A stretch of 63,046 bases of DNA, filler included, from Piptocephalis cylindrospora (taxonomy: Eukaryota), in assembly GCA_003614145.1 (NCBI GenBank). It is 4 parts of 4 records of this genome, joined end to end, with 100 filler letters (N's around TTAATTAATTAA, not from the genome) between each part and the next. Parts side by side here need not be neighbours in the genome. Positions count along the whole stretch, not along the records: positions 31,657 to 47,302 come from KZ987887.1; positions 47,403 to 63,046 come from KZ987888.1; 2 more parts are not named here. The stretch is one strand, 5' to 3'. Below the pieces are notes generated by a model. That model saw nothing but the letters and a program-made list of their open reading frames with translations, searched no databases and was not told the DNA's origin. Of this stretch, positions 38,743 through 51,537 are shown in pieces. Both the position numbers and the translations under genes were made by a program. Within the stretch, counting starts at the first letter, position 1, and every line of letters starts with the position of its first letter.

Positions 38743-39285
38743 GGTCTGAGAAGAGGGGAGATGTGATGGATGGAACGGTCCAAGGCTCAAGGTGGTGATG
38801 GAGGAAACTAAGAAGCCAATATCTATCCTGATGCTAATGATATTTGGATCCTGATCATCATCATTAAAAGGCAGCAGTAATCCTCCCCCTCCACACTTTC
38901 TCCCTTACCTTGCCCCGTCCACTGTAAGCCATAGCCCGCATATAGTACCGAATTTTTTCATCTTTTTTCATACTTATGCCCATTTTTAGTTTATCTTGAT
39001 TCTGCCCATCGTTCGCCACAAACCCCATGTATACTCCCCTCGCCCACATGACAACCATATCTGCCCGGCAATACCGGTCAGCTCCTTCCGTGGACTGCTA
39101 GGCGCGTCACGTCCACTTGCCCCCCCCCCCCCCCCCCCCCCCCCCTAATTTTACCCACCCCCCCCCCCCCCTCTCCCCCCAATCCCTCAACCCCGCCTTC
39201 TTTTCTCGGAGAGAAACGAAATGGAGAAACCAACATTTTTTTTCTCCCCCCCCCCCCCCCCCCTTCCAGAATCAACATCCTCGGG

Positions 39286-42200
39286 ATGCCCCCTACCACT
39301 GTTCGCATCTCCTTTACCCCACACTCCTCCAGCCTGGTCAGCATCCCCAACCGCTTTGCCCAGGCCTTATCCTTCCAGCCCACGGTAGTTTCCTCCTTTT
39401 ATCCCGTCTCCGACCGTCACCTTTCCTTCCTAAACCCATCTCCTTTCACTTCGTTTAGAGACCAGTCATCCAGTTGCAATGGCACACAAAGCCCGATAAT
39501 AAGGAGCACACTCTGTACACCGGTTGGTCCGGTGGAGTGTCCACTGACGCTCCGGTGTCCCAAGCTACTCAGACAGCCTCGTCCTCTGCTTTTGGGTTGG
39601 GGTCCTCATCCACTTCCAAGTCCATAGAGACCTTGGGGATCGACCCAGCCTTTGCTGCTTCCTCTCGGCTATCTGAAGGACAGATGGTGAGTTATCACTG
39701 ATATAAAAGCTCAAAAAAGCACTTCTTGGTATCATACTTACCCCCTTCCCATTCATTATAGGTGCTCATGGAGTTTCTTCACCATGTACCCTCGGTGGAA
39801 TCCGCCCAGCTGGAGCCACTGACCCCAGATGATTGGGAATTAATGGTGAGTGTTGCCTTCAGCCAGGCGTCCTACTCCCATATCTCCCATTAATAATAAT
39901 CCTACCTCTCCGCGTTGCTAGGAATTACATGCGGAACGTGTGGAAGAGCAAGTTTTAAATCAGATTAGGGCTGTTAGCAAAGGCCAAGAGATCCTGGTGT
40001 GGGTTCCGTCTGCCGTCATTCGTCTTCACGTTGGTAAACTCTACTCCCCTTCCTCTTTTCTCCTCAGCACATTGGCATAACCCCTTCGTATCACTTCCCT
40101 TACCCTTAGTAACCATCCAGCCAGATGGTCTGGCTTTTGGGGCCTTTGGTATTGACTCTGAGGTACACATTGCCCCAAAGACGCGTCAGCCTCATGAAGT
40201 TAAGGAGACTCCCAAGCATTTACCAAAAGATCATACTGAACCAGGGAAAGATGAGGGATCTGATCCCCCCACCACCCTTCTTTGTCGCTACCTCCCTGCC
40301 GAAAACCTGACCTCGGGATCCTCAGCGTCTCTCCGTAGGTCCCTAGATCCTGGTAGTGTCTATATTCATTCCGAGGCTGCGACCCGGGGTTTTTCCAAGA
40401 CTGATGCCTGGGTCCTCCTCCGTCAGGTCATTCCATCCGACTCTCCCTCAAAGCAACAGGGGGATAAAGGATGTAAGTTTCTTTTATCTTTTAAAATACT
40501 TTGCCTACGTCCATTGAGCTTGTATAACCGGTATGAACCATCCATTTTACCTCTTCATTAGTCCAAGGTCCTTACATCCTACCAGCCACTGTCATTATGG
40601 ACAAGGCCGTTCCTCCAGGCCATGTCCTCCTTGGAAAGAATGTGGAGCAATCACTTCCGCGCCTCGAGTCATTTGACTGTATTTGGTGAGTTAAGGATGA
40701 GCCGAGGTCACTTATTCCTGATACTAACTTCTATTGTAGTCTATCCAGGATGGTGGATAGTACGGAAGAGAGTATCGTTACCCCAAAATCCCTAGTCCTC
40801 TCCGTCCTCTCCGCCCCTTCAAGCACCTTGCCTCCTCATTCTGAGATTGGCCAAGCATTTAAGAGTAAGGGGCAAAAGGACGAAGAGAGGTGATAATTGC
40901 ATCTTCTTTTTCACCTGGACTCATCCCATGCTATATTCTCTCTACATAGCTTGGGCTAAAGATCGCCTGGAAAGAAGAGCCTCTATTCGAAGAGTTCTAC
41001 TTTCGGATGGGCAGGTGGTCCCACTCTCCTTGAATGATACTTCTCAGGGTTACGTCTATGCCCAGGTCCGATTGCGTGGGTCCTCCAAGTCGTCAGTGGA
41101 CCTGGCTCAGCTAGACCACTCCTCCAGCTATAATGTAAAGCTCACTATTATCGATAGTCGAGGAGACCTTAATCCGTCGTGGTCCCATGCCCTGGATCCT
41201 CCCAATCCTTTTCCGGATTTACCGTACGTCCCCCATCTGTTTTCTTGTTAGGTTCATTGTCCTTATCCATTCCTTCTCCTTTTTCCTCATCATCTTTTAG
41301 AACCCTTGGAGGAGTAGGAGATATTTTGGAGACAGCCAAGGGGTTAATCCATCGTATGCTCAAGACCAGCCCGTTGAGCCATGCCTTTGGATTAGGAGGT
41401 ACGTTATTTTTATAGAGAAGTGGTTCGCTAAGTAGGATGTCATCATATCATTTGCCGGCATTGATGGCCCCATCTATAGTGTCTGGTAGCTTACTCATTC
41501 AAGGAAGGCAAGGCTCTGGAAAGAGCAGCTTGATTCGCCGAATCTGCAGGGACCTTACCCTAGACCCTTCTCTCTATGCTTGTAAGCCGAAATTCAAGGG
41601 GGGTGAAATGGATAAAGATGATAAGCTGAACATGGTTTTCTCACCTTCTCTTTCGTCTCGTCCCATAGATATTCACATGATACCAACCAATGAACTGGCC
41701 GAAGACAGGCTATCCGTTGTTACGGACAAGTTAGCGTCTGCTTTCACCCAGGCCTCTTGGAAATCTCCCTCTATTCTTGTACTGGATGATATGGACCGCC
41801 TATTCCCGGCTGAGGTCGAGGTAAGATACTGCTTGGATGAATAGTGGGTACTGAGTACAAGTGATTTATATGTGGGATACATGGAGATCCATGGGAAGTG
41901 CGCAATGATATGATTAAGAGGAAGGAGAAGGGAGTAGTGAGCGAAAGACAGGGTGATCTGTGTCACAGTATCATCAAAAGGACTTATATCTCACCATCCT
42001 CTTCATTCTCATAGCACGCAGACTCGACCCGTTCACGTCAGCTCATTGAACGATTCGTGTCTCTTATGCATCGTAAGATGGACCGATCAGGAAGGTCTTA
42101 CCCCCTAGTGATCCTGGCCAGTACCAATCAGACAGAAAATCTACATCCCCTCCTGGGGCAGACTCATTTCTTTCACCAGACCCTTCATCTTCCTGCCCCT

Positions 42201-44425
42201 GGTAGAGAGGAGAGGATGAAAATCTTGGAGGCCCAGCTGACCGATGTCATCCGTAAGGGATGTGTGGAAATGCCTCAGTTAAACGTAGAAGAGAATGAGG
42301 AGGATCCTTTGGGACACCTAGACTTGACTGAGATTTCCAGAGGAGCCGAGGGGTATATGCCATCGGATCTTGGTATGGTGGTGCAACGCTCTATCCAGGA
42401 ATGGTCCATTCGTCGCTCTGAGGCGGAACTGGAGGAAGAAATCTCATATAGGATGGATAGACACTTTTCCCAGGTGGATCTTGAGTCGGCCCTCAAGGGC
42501 TATATCCCTGTATCCCTCAAGGGTATTCCTCTACAAGGTTCTACGGTCAAGTGGACTGACATTGGAGGTATGTAGTAGATGGTCATGAAAGATGAAATGT
42601 TGTACTGATCGTTCTTATTTCATCATTTTCTTTTCCTTTACTTTCCTGATGAATAGGCCTTGAGGAGGTGAAGCGTATCCTTCTAGAAACCCTTGAGTGG
42701 CCCACCAAGTATGCTGCCATTTTTGCCAATTGTCCTTTGCGTCTTCGATCTGGGTAAGTTTTTGGCCCTACTTGACCTTTAAAATGATCCCTGGTCATCC
42801 CTTCTGATTTAAATGTACCGACCTATATCTCCACTCTAACCTCTTCTTATATCTACCTCAAGTCTCCTCTTATATGGGTATCCAGGATGTGGCAAGACCC
42901 TACTGGCCTCTGCGGTAGCCAGGGAATGTGGGTTGAATTTTGTGTCTGTCAAGGGCCCAGAGCTACTGAATAAGTATATTGGCGCCAGCGAGAAATCTGT
43001 AAGTATTTTCCAGTCCCAGGACGAACGTTTATTGCATCATGAAGCTTTCGTTATATTGAGCACTCATTATCCGCCCATGCCTTTTCTTTCTCTTTAGGTG
43101 AGGGACTTGTTCGAGAGGGCTCAGGCCGCCAAGCCATGTGTACTGTTCTTTGATGAGTTTGACTCTATTGCTCCACGAAGGTAAGACTCTAAGATAAGGA
43201 TGGGTGAAATAGGCGATTTGTTGATATAGTTATCTTATCCCCTTCCAAATCTTTAGAGGCCATGATAGCACAGGAGTGACTGATAGAGTGGTGAACCAAA
43301 TGCTGACTCAAATGGACGGAGCTGAGGGCCTGGACGGAGTTTACGTCCTTGCGGCAACTAGGTGAGCTTCATTTCCTTTGTGTTTCTACTTTACATCCCT
43401 CTAATTCATAGATTCATGATCCGTCGGGTTCTCTTTGGATACAAAAATCTTAACCGATCAGTCGGCCTGACCTGATTGATCCTGCTCTCTTACGTCCTGG
43501 TCGCCTGGATAAATCCTTGTTTTGTCATCTACCCAAGAGCCCAGAGGAGATCAAGGAAGTGCGTGATTGATACGAAGATCTATTGAGGACACAGATCATA
43601 TTTCCTTCCTTTACTTACCTATCCTCCTATTCATAGATTTTCCTAGCATTGGCGAGTCAGGTCGAAGTGGATAGTTCAATGAAATGGGAAGAGGTGGCAG
43701 AGCAATGCCAAGGATTCACCGGAGCTGATCTTCAGGCCCTGATCTACAATGCCCATCTTCTAGCCATTCATGATATGATGGAGGAAGAAGACGAAAAGAC
43801 GAAAAGGGGGAAAGGAAAGGCTTCTGAGGCTGGAGGGGACCTCGTGGAAGAGTTTTGTATGATCCACATGGACTCTCATGAAAAGTCTAAAGGGGGGGAA
43901 GAGGCGGAACCCATTCGCCTTCGGGCCATTGAGGTATCAGCGATGAAAGAAAAGGTAGGACGGTTCATACAGTAGCCCCCTCTCATTCTCATATCATTAA
44001 TATTTTCCATTCATAGGCAAGGAAGATCTTAGATGGATTAGAAGAAGCACCTATTCATGGAACCCGTGGGAAAGACAAAATTCTCTCGGACAGGAAGAGT
44101 GCCACGCCGGTAAGGTCCTATACATCTCTTTTTAACAGTTCAGTTGATGTCACTGATACATGTCAACCTACGTCCCGTTGATGTAGAAGGTAACCCTAGA
44201 TCTGCTACTACGAGCCTTAGAGACGGCCAAACCCTCTTTGCCTGTCGAGGAGCGCCTTCGTTTGGATCATATGTATGAAGAGATGGCGAGGATAATGGAC
44301 GTTTCCTTCTCAAGTCAACTAATCACGCGCCCTCTAGTTATGCTGAGTTCACCGAAGGAAGGGAGGCAAATATGCCGGATGGTATGGCGCCCAGTGGGAT
44401 AGGGCAAAGGGAAACTCTTTCATAA
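39286..44425 (+). CDS. PEX1: Peroxisomal AAA+ ATPase Pex1, many exons
   Basis: [42 protein letters not shown]1 Walker [10 protein letters not shown]2 KWTDIGG...[67 protein letters not shown]; ends GQRETLS*. Confidence 0.96.
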
Positions 44426-44672
44426 AAGATGGAGAAGAATCATATGTGTAGGCACCATGAAAATGACCAAGTCACTTTTTCCAAGGATCGCCCTAGATCT
44501 CCATCGTTCATTATCTGCCGTTGTGAACATTAGAGGAAAAAGACACCGGGTCCAACACCTTATTCATCTATTGCATCTCTCATGGACGGCAAAGAAGCGA
44601 GGGCTCAAACCTTCATTTTCCTCTTCAGCGATAGCATTGCTTTCACTGCTCTACCTCCCTATTCATGATCAC

Positions 44673-45118
44673 CTAATTGTCAGTCTCCTGCATGATGCGC
44701 TGGAAATCTTGAGTGTATGCCCGAGCCACAATATTCCACGCCTCCATGTATCGGTCCATGCACCTGGAGATGCAAACCTATTCGTTTGAATGGGAAGAGA
44801 GATTTAATATTCAATAGAAAAGAAAGAGAACTAAATAGGCTTCTACAGCCGCAATCCCCATTTACCTGCTCGCCGTTCTCAAGCTTAGTGCCAGGCTTGG
44901 TGACACAGCGGTCAAAGCACCTTTCGTTCATTTTCTACAAGAAAAGGGCAAAGTGCATGAGCTTAAGGGGGGCAAGTAGGGGACAAGAGGAATTTCAGTT
45001 GAGTCAAGACACGTACGTTCATCAGCTCCTGAGCATTGGCCATCTGGATCTCCTGGCGGACGGCAGCCATCACCTCCTGCTTTTTACTGTTGGAAGCGCT
45101 TTCACTGAGGGAAGACAT
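44673..45118 (-). CDS. TIM13: Mitochondrial intermembrane-space chaperone Tim13; 3 exons
   Basis: AVRQEIQMANAQELMN|KMNERCFDRCVTKPG...EQ|VCISRCMDRYMEAWNIV (twin CX3C). Confidence 0.93.
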
Positions 45119-46126
45119 GGTGTGTGCTTAAAGGAGACAAGAGGAATCAGGTAATGGTAAGGCGGGGGAAGGAGGGAAAGGGATATTGTATTGCTTTATG
45201 CGCCTAATCGCGTTTAACAGTGTTTTTGAACAGGGCGACCGGACGCTTTTTTCGGGTAGGCATTAGGCCACAAGGAGGGCAACACGGATATGGGGATTTC
45301 CGTGAGGTTTCGCGCCTTGCCGTTTCCAGCAGCACGGTATGTCTGTATGGCCAGCTCTGGAAAAAGCCGATATGAATGATGAAAAAGGCACCAATTTGGC
45401 TTGGATTTTTAAGTATTACCAATGAAAGAAGAGCTACACCAGTCTCCCGCCATCCCCACCTGCCTTTCTACTCCTCCCCGCCCTGCCGTTTATAGCCTAA
45501 GGCTCCTGCCTCCGCCCCCTGACTGTCCCTTGGACGGTTATTTCCATGACAATAAATTATTCAACAACAAGGGCTATACCAGATACGCTGCCAGTCCATA
45601 GATCAATATATAAAAAGGATCAAATAAGCCCAAAAAGAGTTCGAATTTCTCCTATAAACTGGACAGATGGCCTTGGGATTTGCACCACACACCTCGATTC
45701 CTCCATGCGCTCACTGATTCTCTGATTGAGGGATGGAGCGACCAAGTGTGCGTAAACCAAGTCCACACCCAACGGTGACCGTACGTCACGCCGCAAGTTA
45801 CCCAGCCGACAAGGGTTCTCGCGGTCGGTGGACCTTGTCCTCCTTGCCTTGCCCATACAGCTCACCCACCCGTCTGGATAGTGGCGATTTTATAAGGATA
45901 CATTGGCCCAGCTATCATATTCAACGCCATTGTCTCCATTGAACCTCCGCTTCCTCGGTCATACATAAGCCTCAGAGGAGTAGGTCCTTCTTCACCAGGT
46001 CCCTCTATCCTTCTCTCTCCTCTCCTCCTCTTATCACCTCTCTGATTCAGATCTCCAGCGTGATCTTCCCCACCCCTATCCTTTCAATATCCTTCAACAC
46101 TCCGTTTGACCAGATCTCTCTTAAGC

Positions 46127-46425
46127 ATGTCTGTCGTTCCAGGTAAGTGGGATCTATGGTCATCTTTCCATCCTTGTATAGATCCACCTCGGCATAAACT
46201 TACACTTTTCCCTCATGCCAGTGGTCGTACGGTGGAACGGAAAGAAATTCAATGTGGACTTGGATACCGCGGCGTCCGGGGAGGAGTTCAAGCTTCAAAT
46301 CTACAGCTTGNNNNNNNNNNTTGGATGCCGCGGCGTCCGGGGCGGACTTGAAGCTTTAAATCAGCAGCTTGACCAGTGTAACCCCCGAACGACAGAAGGT
46401 CATGATCAAGGGCGGATTACTTAAA
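46127..46425 (+). CDS. UBP6: Ubp6/USP14 5' part (UBL domain); interrupted by a 10-N gap and then an inversion
   Basis: MSVVP|VVVRWNGKKFNVDLDTAASGEEFKLQIYSL-TSVTPERQKVMIKGGLLK followed by a GTAAGT donor. Confidence 0.88.
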
Positions 46426-46500
46426 GTAAGTGAGGTGCCCATTCACTACTCATGTGACATTGGTAGCACTTCTGGAGGCTACATGTACTGTGGAGGACTC

Positions 46501-47250
46501 CTCTGCATCTTGCTGGGCAAATACCCCACCCTGACCTGGCTCGGCAAAATTAGGAAAGAGCTGGCGAAGGATCTAGAGCACACAGGTAATGTTAGAGGTT
46601 TTTTTTCCGCGTTAGCCAGAGAAATATAGGATGTCATCATGATATGACTCATCGACTATGAATTTCACGCAACATACCGCAATAAACCGCATGGGAATAA
46701 CGGGCTCTCCGTTGACGCGTAGACTACGGAAGAGTGATCCAGTGACCTTCGCCAAGTCTCCGCCCGTTCCTGGGTTGGAGGTTCCTTTGAAGCTAAGGAC
46801 AGGGTTACGGATATGTTTGTCGGGTGAGCCACATCAGGGGTAATGTGCCAAGGGAAGTCGCGGAAAGATACTCACTTTTCCAAGCCAGTCTTGACCTCGG
46901 GGATGGAACGAAGACATTGAATGGTGGCATTCTAGGAGGGTCGGAAAGCGTGAATATCAGTTCATAGACTGAGGCCATTGTGATGTATTGAGCACTGCCA
47001 GCACTCTCTTCAAGTACATACCGCATAACATGTATTTCCAAGATTGGCCATACCAGTGGGAATTTTAATCTAAATAGCCAAGAAAGGGATGAATGGGCAA
47101 TCAAGTAGCAGTACGAGCATTCAACTTTCTTTGACAGCATCTTACCGCCTTGGCCAAATCGGCATCGGAGAGATCCTCAACAAAGACTGTTTTACTGGCT
47201 GGGGGTTTGGGAAGCTCTCCCACGGTTCCCATCATCATAAACGCATGGCC
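46501..47250 (-). CDS. UBP6: Ubp6/USP14 continuation (end of UBL and start of USP domain), inverted relative to the 5' part
   Basis: Spliced minus-strand exons GHAFMMMGTVGELPKPPASKTVFVEDLSDADLAKA|IKIPTGMANLGNTCYA|NATIQCLRSIPEVK|...PVIPMRFIA|ILRQLFPNFAE...FAQQDAEE (Cys box and QQD box). Confidence 0.88.
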
Positions 47251-47302
47251 CTACCCCAAATTAATGCATGGGTGAGTGTCAACTAGGATGGCGATAATAT
47301 TA

Positions 47303-47402
47303 NNNNNNNNNNNNNNNNNNNNNNNNNNNNNNNNNNNNNNNNNNNNTTAATTAATTAANNNNNNNNNNNNNNNNNNNNNNNNNNNNNNNNNNNNNNNNNN
47401 NN
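47303..47402. other. Artificial contig-join spacer
   Basis: N44-TTAATTAATTAA-N44. Confidence 0.98.
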
Positions 47403-48020
47403 CAAATCTTTGATCTAATATAATCGCCGTAGCTCTTGGATTCATCAGTAAGCCAGGGAAGTCAGGTCTTTACCTCGGTCTCATTCATCCTCTCAATCAG
47501 CTGGGGCAAACGACTTGATGTGAAGCCGTAGTTTATAGTCTTAGTGGGGGCAATCTGCCATTGAACATTCCCATACACCGGGACGGGACGAGTTGTGCAA
47601 GTTTACTGAAGTTCACGATTGCAAAGCATCGCTTCTTGGATGTCATCGCCACCATCGATGGGTTATAATTCACAAACGCGCTATACTGCGTGCTCTCCTG
47701 GTCGAGCACCCACTCTTGAAGAGGAATGAAGGACAAATCTAGTCTGCGCGTCAACCTGATCTCATCCCCCATCCCCTTGGCCTTACCCTCTGGTAGGACG
47801 TAAACCTGGATAGTCCCCCTCACCATAACGCTATAGAAGATACCTCAGGGAAAGATCTATCAAAACATTTTAAGTAAACACTTTTGGGTTAGTTCTTGAT
47901 AGGAAAGTCACTAAATCCAAATTTGGAGGCAATTTAGGCCCCTTCGTCTTGGAGAGGGGATAAGAGAGCCACAGTGGCGATGGCCAAGGCAATCAGCGTA
48001 TGAGAGGGAATGAGGTACAT
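47403..48020 (-). pseudogene. Possible decayed secreted-protein gene
   Basis: Pyrimidine-rich leader then signal-peptide-like MYLIPSHTLIALAIATVALLSLS, an early stop, and a downstream coding-like fragment (47533-47826). Confidence 0.35.
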
Positions 48021-49805
48021 GCTAATGGAGAGAAACAAGGGAGAGGGTGTGTGTATATATATATAGGTGGAAAGGGGGGGAGGAACATTCATGCAGCGAA
48101 AATGGGTGAGGAGAGGGATGGTGGGTTGATCGAGGAGGAGAGCAGAGGGGAAGAGAGAGGGGACAATCGATTAGCGAATGCGAAAGATGTGATGGGAGCG
48201 GTGAGAGAAGAGAGGGTCGGTTTTGGGGAGAAGTGTGAAGTGAAATCATCATACTGGCCTTGGTCTTGTTTTATACTTGTCAGGATCGTTATATCCGGCC
48301 CACATGCTTCATTGTTCAACGAGAGTCGGAGAAGCAAGGGCGAAGTTTCAAATATCAATCTTGTTCTGTGTCTACATCAAACCCCGATAACTCTCTGATA
48401 CACATCTACTAGTGCATCGTGTGCAATTCTTGTTCCGATCCATTGGGATACTAATACGTTGCCATTTGAAGAGACTCCTGTCATTATAGGAACCCATTCC
48501 GAGAAGTTTAGGCAGAGGAAGGCTACGCTGAATGGACAAGAGAGTATGGATATATAAGAAAAATACCCCACTCCAAGTCTTTATAGAATATAGCAGGGAT
48601 TTAGGAATACCGTTAAGGCAAGTTCACTCAGGACCATCCCACCAAGAACCAGGAAGTAATGGGTCTCCGTTTCAGGAATCATAATTCTTCCATTAATGAA
48701 TATGGCCTATATAATGACGTGAAAATGGGAACTGGACTAGCTTGAAACCTTTAATAGAAACTAAATTCATTGAATCATCTCTCAGGCTGACCGGTAGAGA
48801 AAAGAGACAATAATGTATCGCCTGAGGATTAACTTTGACTTGTGCTTCTAGGAAAGCCAATGCAAGGGGCTGCATGGCAAATCGAGTATACAAATTCACT
48901 AAATCATATTGTTAGAGGTCTGATCACCAGGAAGAGGTAACCGAGTAAGAGAATGAATTCAGATGTAAGGTGGCTTAATATTCAAATGTATCAGGGACAT
49001 CTGTTAAAAGTCTAGCCCTTTATAGTGAATCATCTGGGTTGACGGTTCCCTATATTTAGGACTATGCTAGGGTATCCTGGGCAATCGTAACCTTTTATTT
49101 TTTCGTTCATGAGGAGTCTTCCTCACTTCGGCCCTTGTACTTTGTCTCTGGAGTTTCCTACAGACATTCTCTTACACAGTTGGCACACCGGCTTGTCCAA
49201 ATCGTTACGCTATCAATAAACATCGACGGATGCTGGTAGCAAGTCAACGACTTGAAAGAGATTCCTTCATTTCGACTACATCCTTTCATCCTAGCACGGA
49301 TGGGGGCGTCGTCCCCTAAACCTAGGCAATCTTGGTACCTCTGATTGGGAAGAGCATCCAGCCTATCCAGGACACAAATACCCTCCTATCCTGTATACTA
49401 TTTCTACTCAAGCCCCAATAATCAAAAGTAAGCCAAGTATGAGCTGGTGCCAGGATCCGAGACCTCAAAATTATAACCAACATGCTTGCCTGTTGGATCT
49501 GCTCAATTACAGAAACACGCCAAACATGGTTCGCTCGCTTTGAATTTAATTTGAAATTGCCCTGCCAGGTTATATTTGCCAGCACCAGCATTCTAGCATC
49601 TTTCCAGCTGCCTTTGCGGAGTTTCAGTGTGGGATCCCTGTACATCTCTCCCCCTTTCACATCCACCTCAAATTCCCTTTAGACGTCCCCTTCCATCCAA
49701 GAGCACCAGAAGGTGAGGGAGGGACTCTTAGGCCCTCCTCCCGTTTCTTCCCTCCCATTCCCGTTTAAACCTTATAAAAAAAGAGACACTCATTTCATTA
49801 TATCC

Positions 49806-51317
49806 ATGAAACTCCTCCACCCTAATCTCTTCATCTGTGCAGGCCTCTTTCTCACTCTATGCCTCCTGGGCCTGGTCCAAGCCGAGCGGGACTATTATGA
49901 GGTCCTTGATTTGCCCAAGGACACGTCCGCACGCGCCATCAAAAAGGCATATTACAAACTGAGTAAAAAGTATCACCCTGACAAGAACAAGGACGATGCT
50001 ACTGCCCAAGAAAAGTTTATTGAGCTGGGCAGAGCCTATGAGGTTCTAGGCGATGAGGAGAAGCGTCGCATCTACGACCTGGAGGGTCTTGAGGGTCTGA
50101 AACGGTCTGAGGGTGGTGGTGGAGGCCATTCAGATCCATTTGATCTATTTTCTCAGTAAGTGATGCGCATAACCAGGTGACGTAAGGAAAATGACTCATC
50201 ACTCTCCCGATGACCACGGTAGATTCTTTGGAGGTGGCGGTGGAAGACAGCATCCCGAAGATCGTCGGGGACCCAGCATTCACCTGGATCTGGATGTGTC
50301 TTTAGAAGAACTTTACAATGGCAAGGAGATGGATGTATGTGCTCTTGATCGAATGGTCCATTTTATTTCACCCCCCTCCACTCCACCTTATCTCAACCCC
50401 CCCCTCCGTAGGCTGATATATCCAAGTGGGTTATTTGTCCCAAGTGCCGAGGCACTGGGGCAGAATCTGATGCTCACATCCATACTTGCGAAAAATGTCA
50501 AGGTTCTGGCGTTGCCATTGTTAGGCAGATGATTGCTCCTGGCATGTACACTCAAATGCAAACTACGTAAGCTTATGCCCTTATGAGCTAATGAGGCCAG
50601 AACCCTCCTCTAATCTGTTCCGCCACATCCTATAGATGCGACAAATGCGGTGGGAAGGGAAAGACCGTTGAGTCTGACTGTCCTGTCTGTTCCGGCCACA
50701 AGGTCATCCGGGCCAACTCGCAGATCACCGTGGTCATTGAAAAAGGCATGGTCCACGAGGAGAAAATTGTGTTTGAGCGGAAGGGCGATTCCGGTGCTGA
50801 TTTTGCCCCTGGGGATCTCGTTTTCTCCCTTAATCTCGTCCGTCATGCCACATTTACTCGGGATGGAAATGACCTGTCTATGGACATGAACATTACCCTT
50901 CTTCAGGCCCTAACTGGCTTCTCTAAATCCTTCACCCACCTGGATGGCCGATCCGTCCTCTTGGAGAGATCCGAGGTCACTCCATCTGGTAAGCTATCCT
51001 TTAAGTAATATTACCACGTTGAACCATCACTTACTTTCCCTTTCCTGCAGGATTTATCCAAATTCTCCAAGGAGAAGGGATGCCTCATCATGAGTATCCC
51101 AGTGAAAAGGGGGATATGCACGTTCGGTACTCGGTCATTTATCCTAAGTCCATTCCTGAGGATAAGCATGAAGGTACGATAGTTATGCGGAATGTGAGGC
51201 CTAATAGGAAACATTTCTGGTTGTCTTGGTTACTGACATTCATCACCCACCCCCATCTTTTCATACGTTATAGTGTTGAAGGAAATCTTGGCTCAAGAAG
51301 GCGAGGAGACAGAGTAG
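49806..51317 (+). CDS. SCJ1: ER-lumenal type I DnaJ co-chaperone (Scj1-like), multi-exon
   Basis: Signal peptide ending [10 protein letters not shown] domain with HPDKN; zinc-finger repeats [30 protein letters not shown]; DnaJ C-domain PGDLVF...ALTGF...HLDGR...GEGMP. Confidence 0.9.
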
Positions 51318-51537
51318 TCGATGTCTTTTTTTTACATGTCATCGTCCCCCGCTCCTTGGCCATCTCATTTTCTCATTACACTTATTTTCCCTTTAATTTT
51401 ACTGATGCCCATCAAATTGGCCTACTTATCTCTCCTCAATCAAATCCCCAGAAGGAAGGCATAGGCATAGTTTCCATCCGATCATTCACACTAAAACACA
51501 TCTAGTATTCATACCAACATGAACACGACTACCCGCC

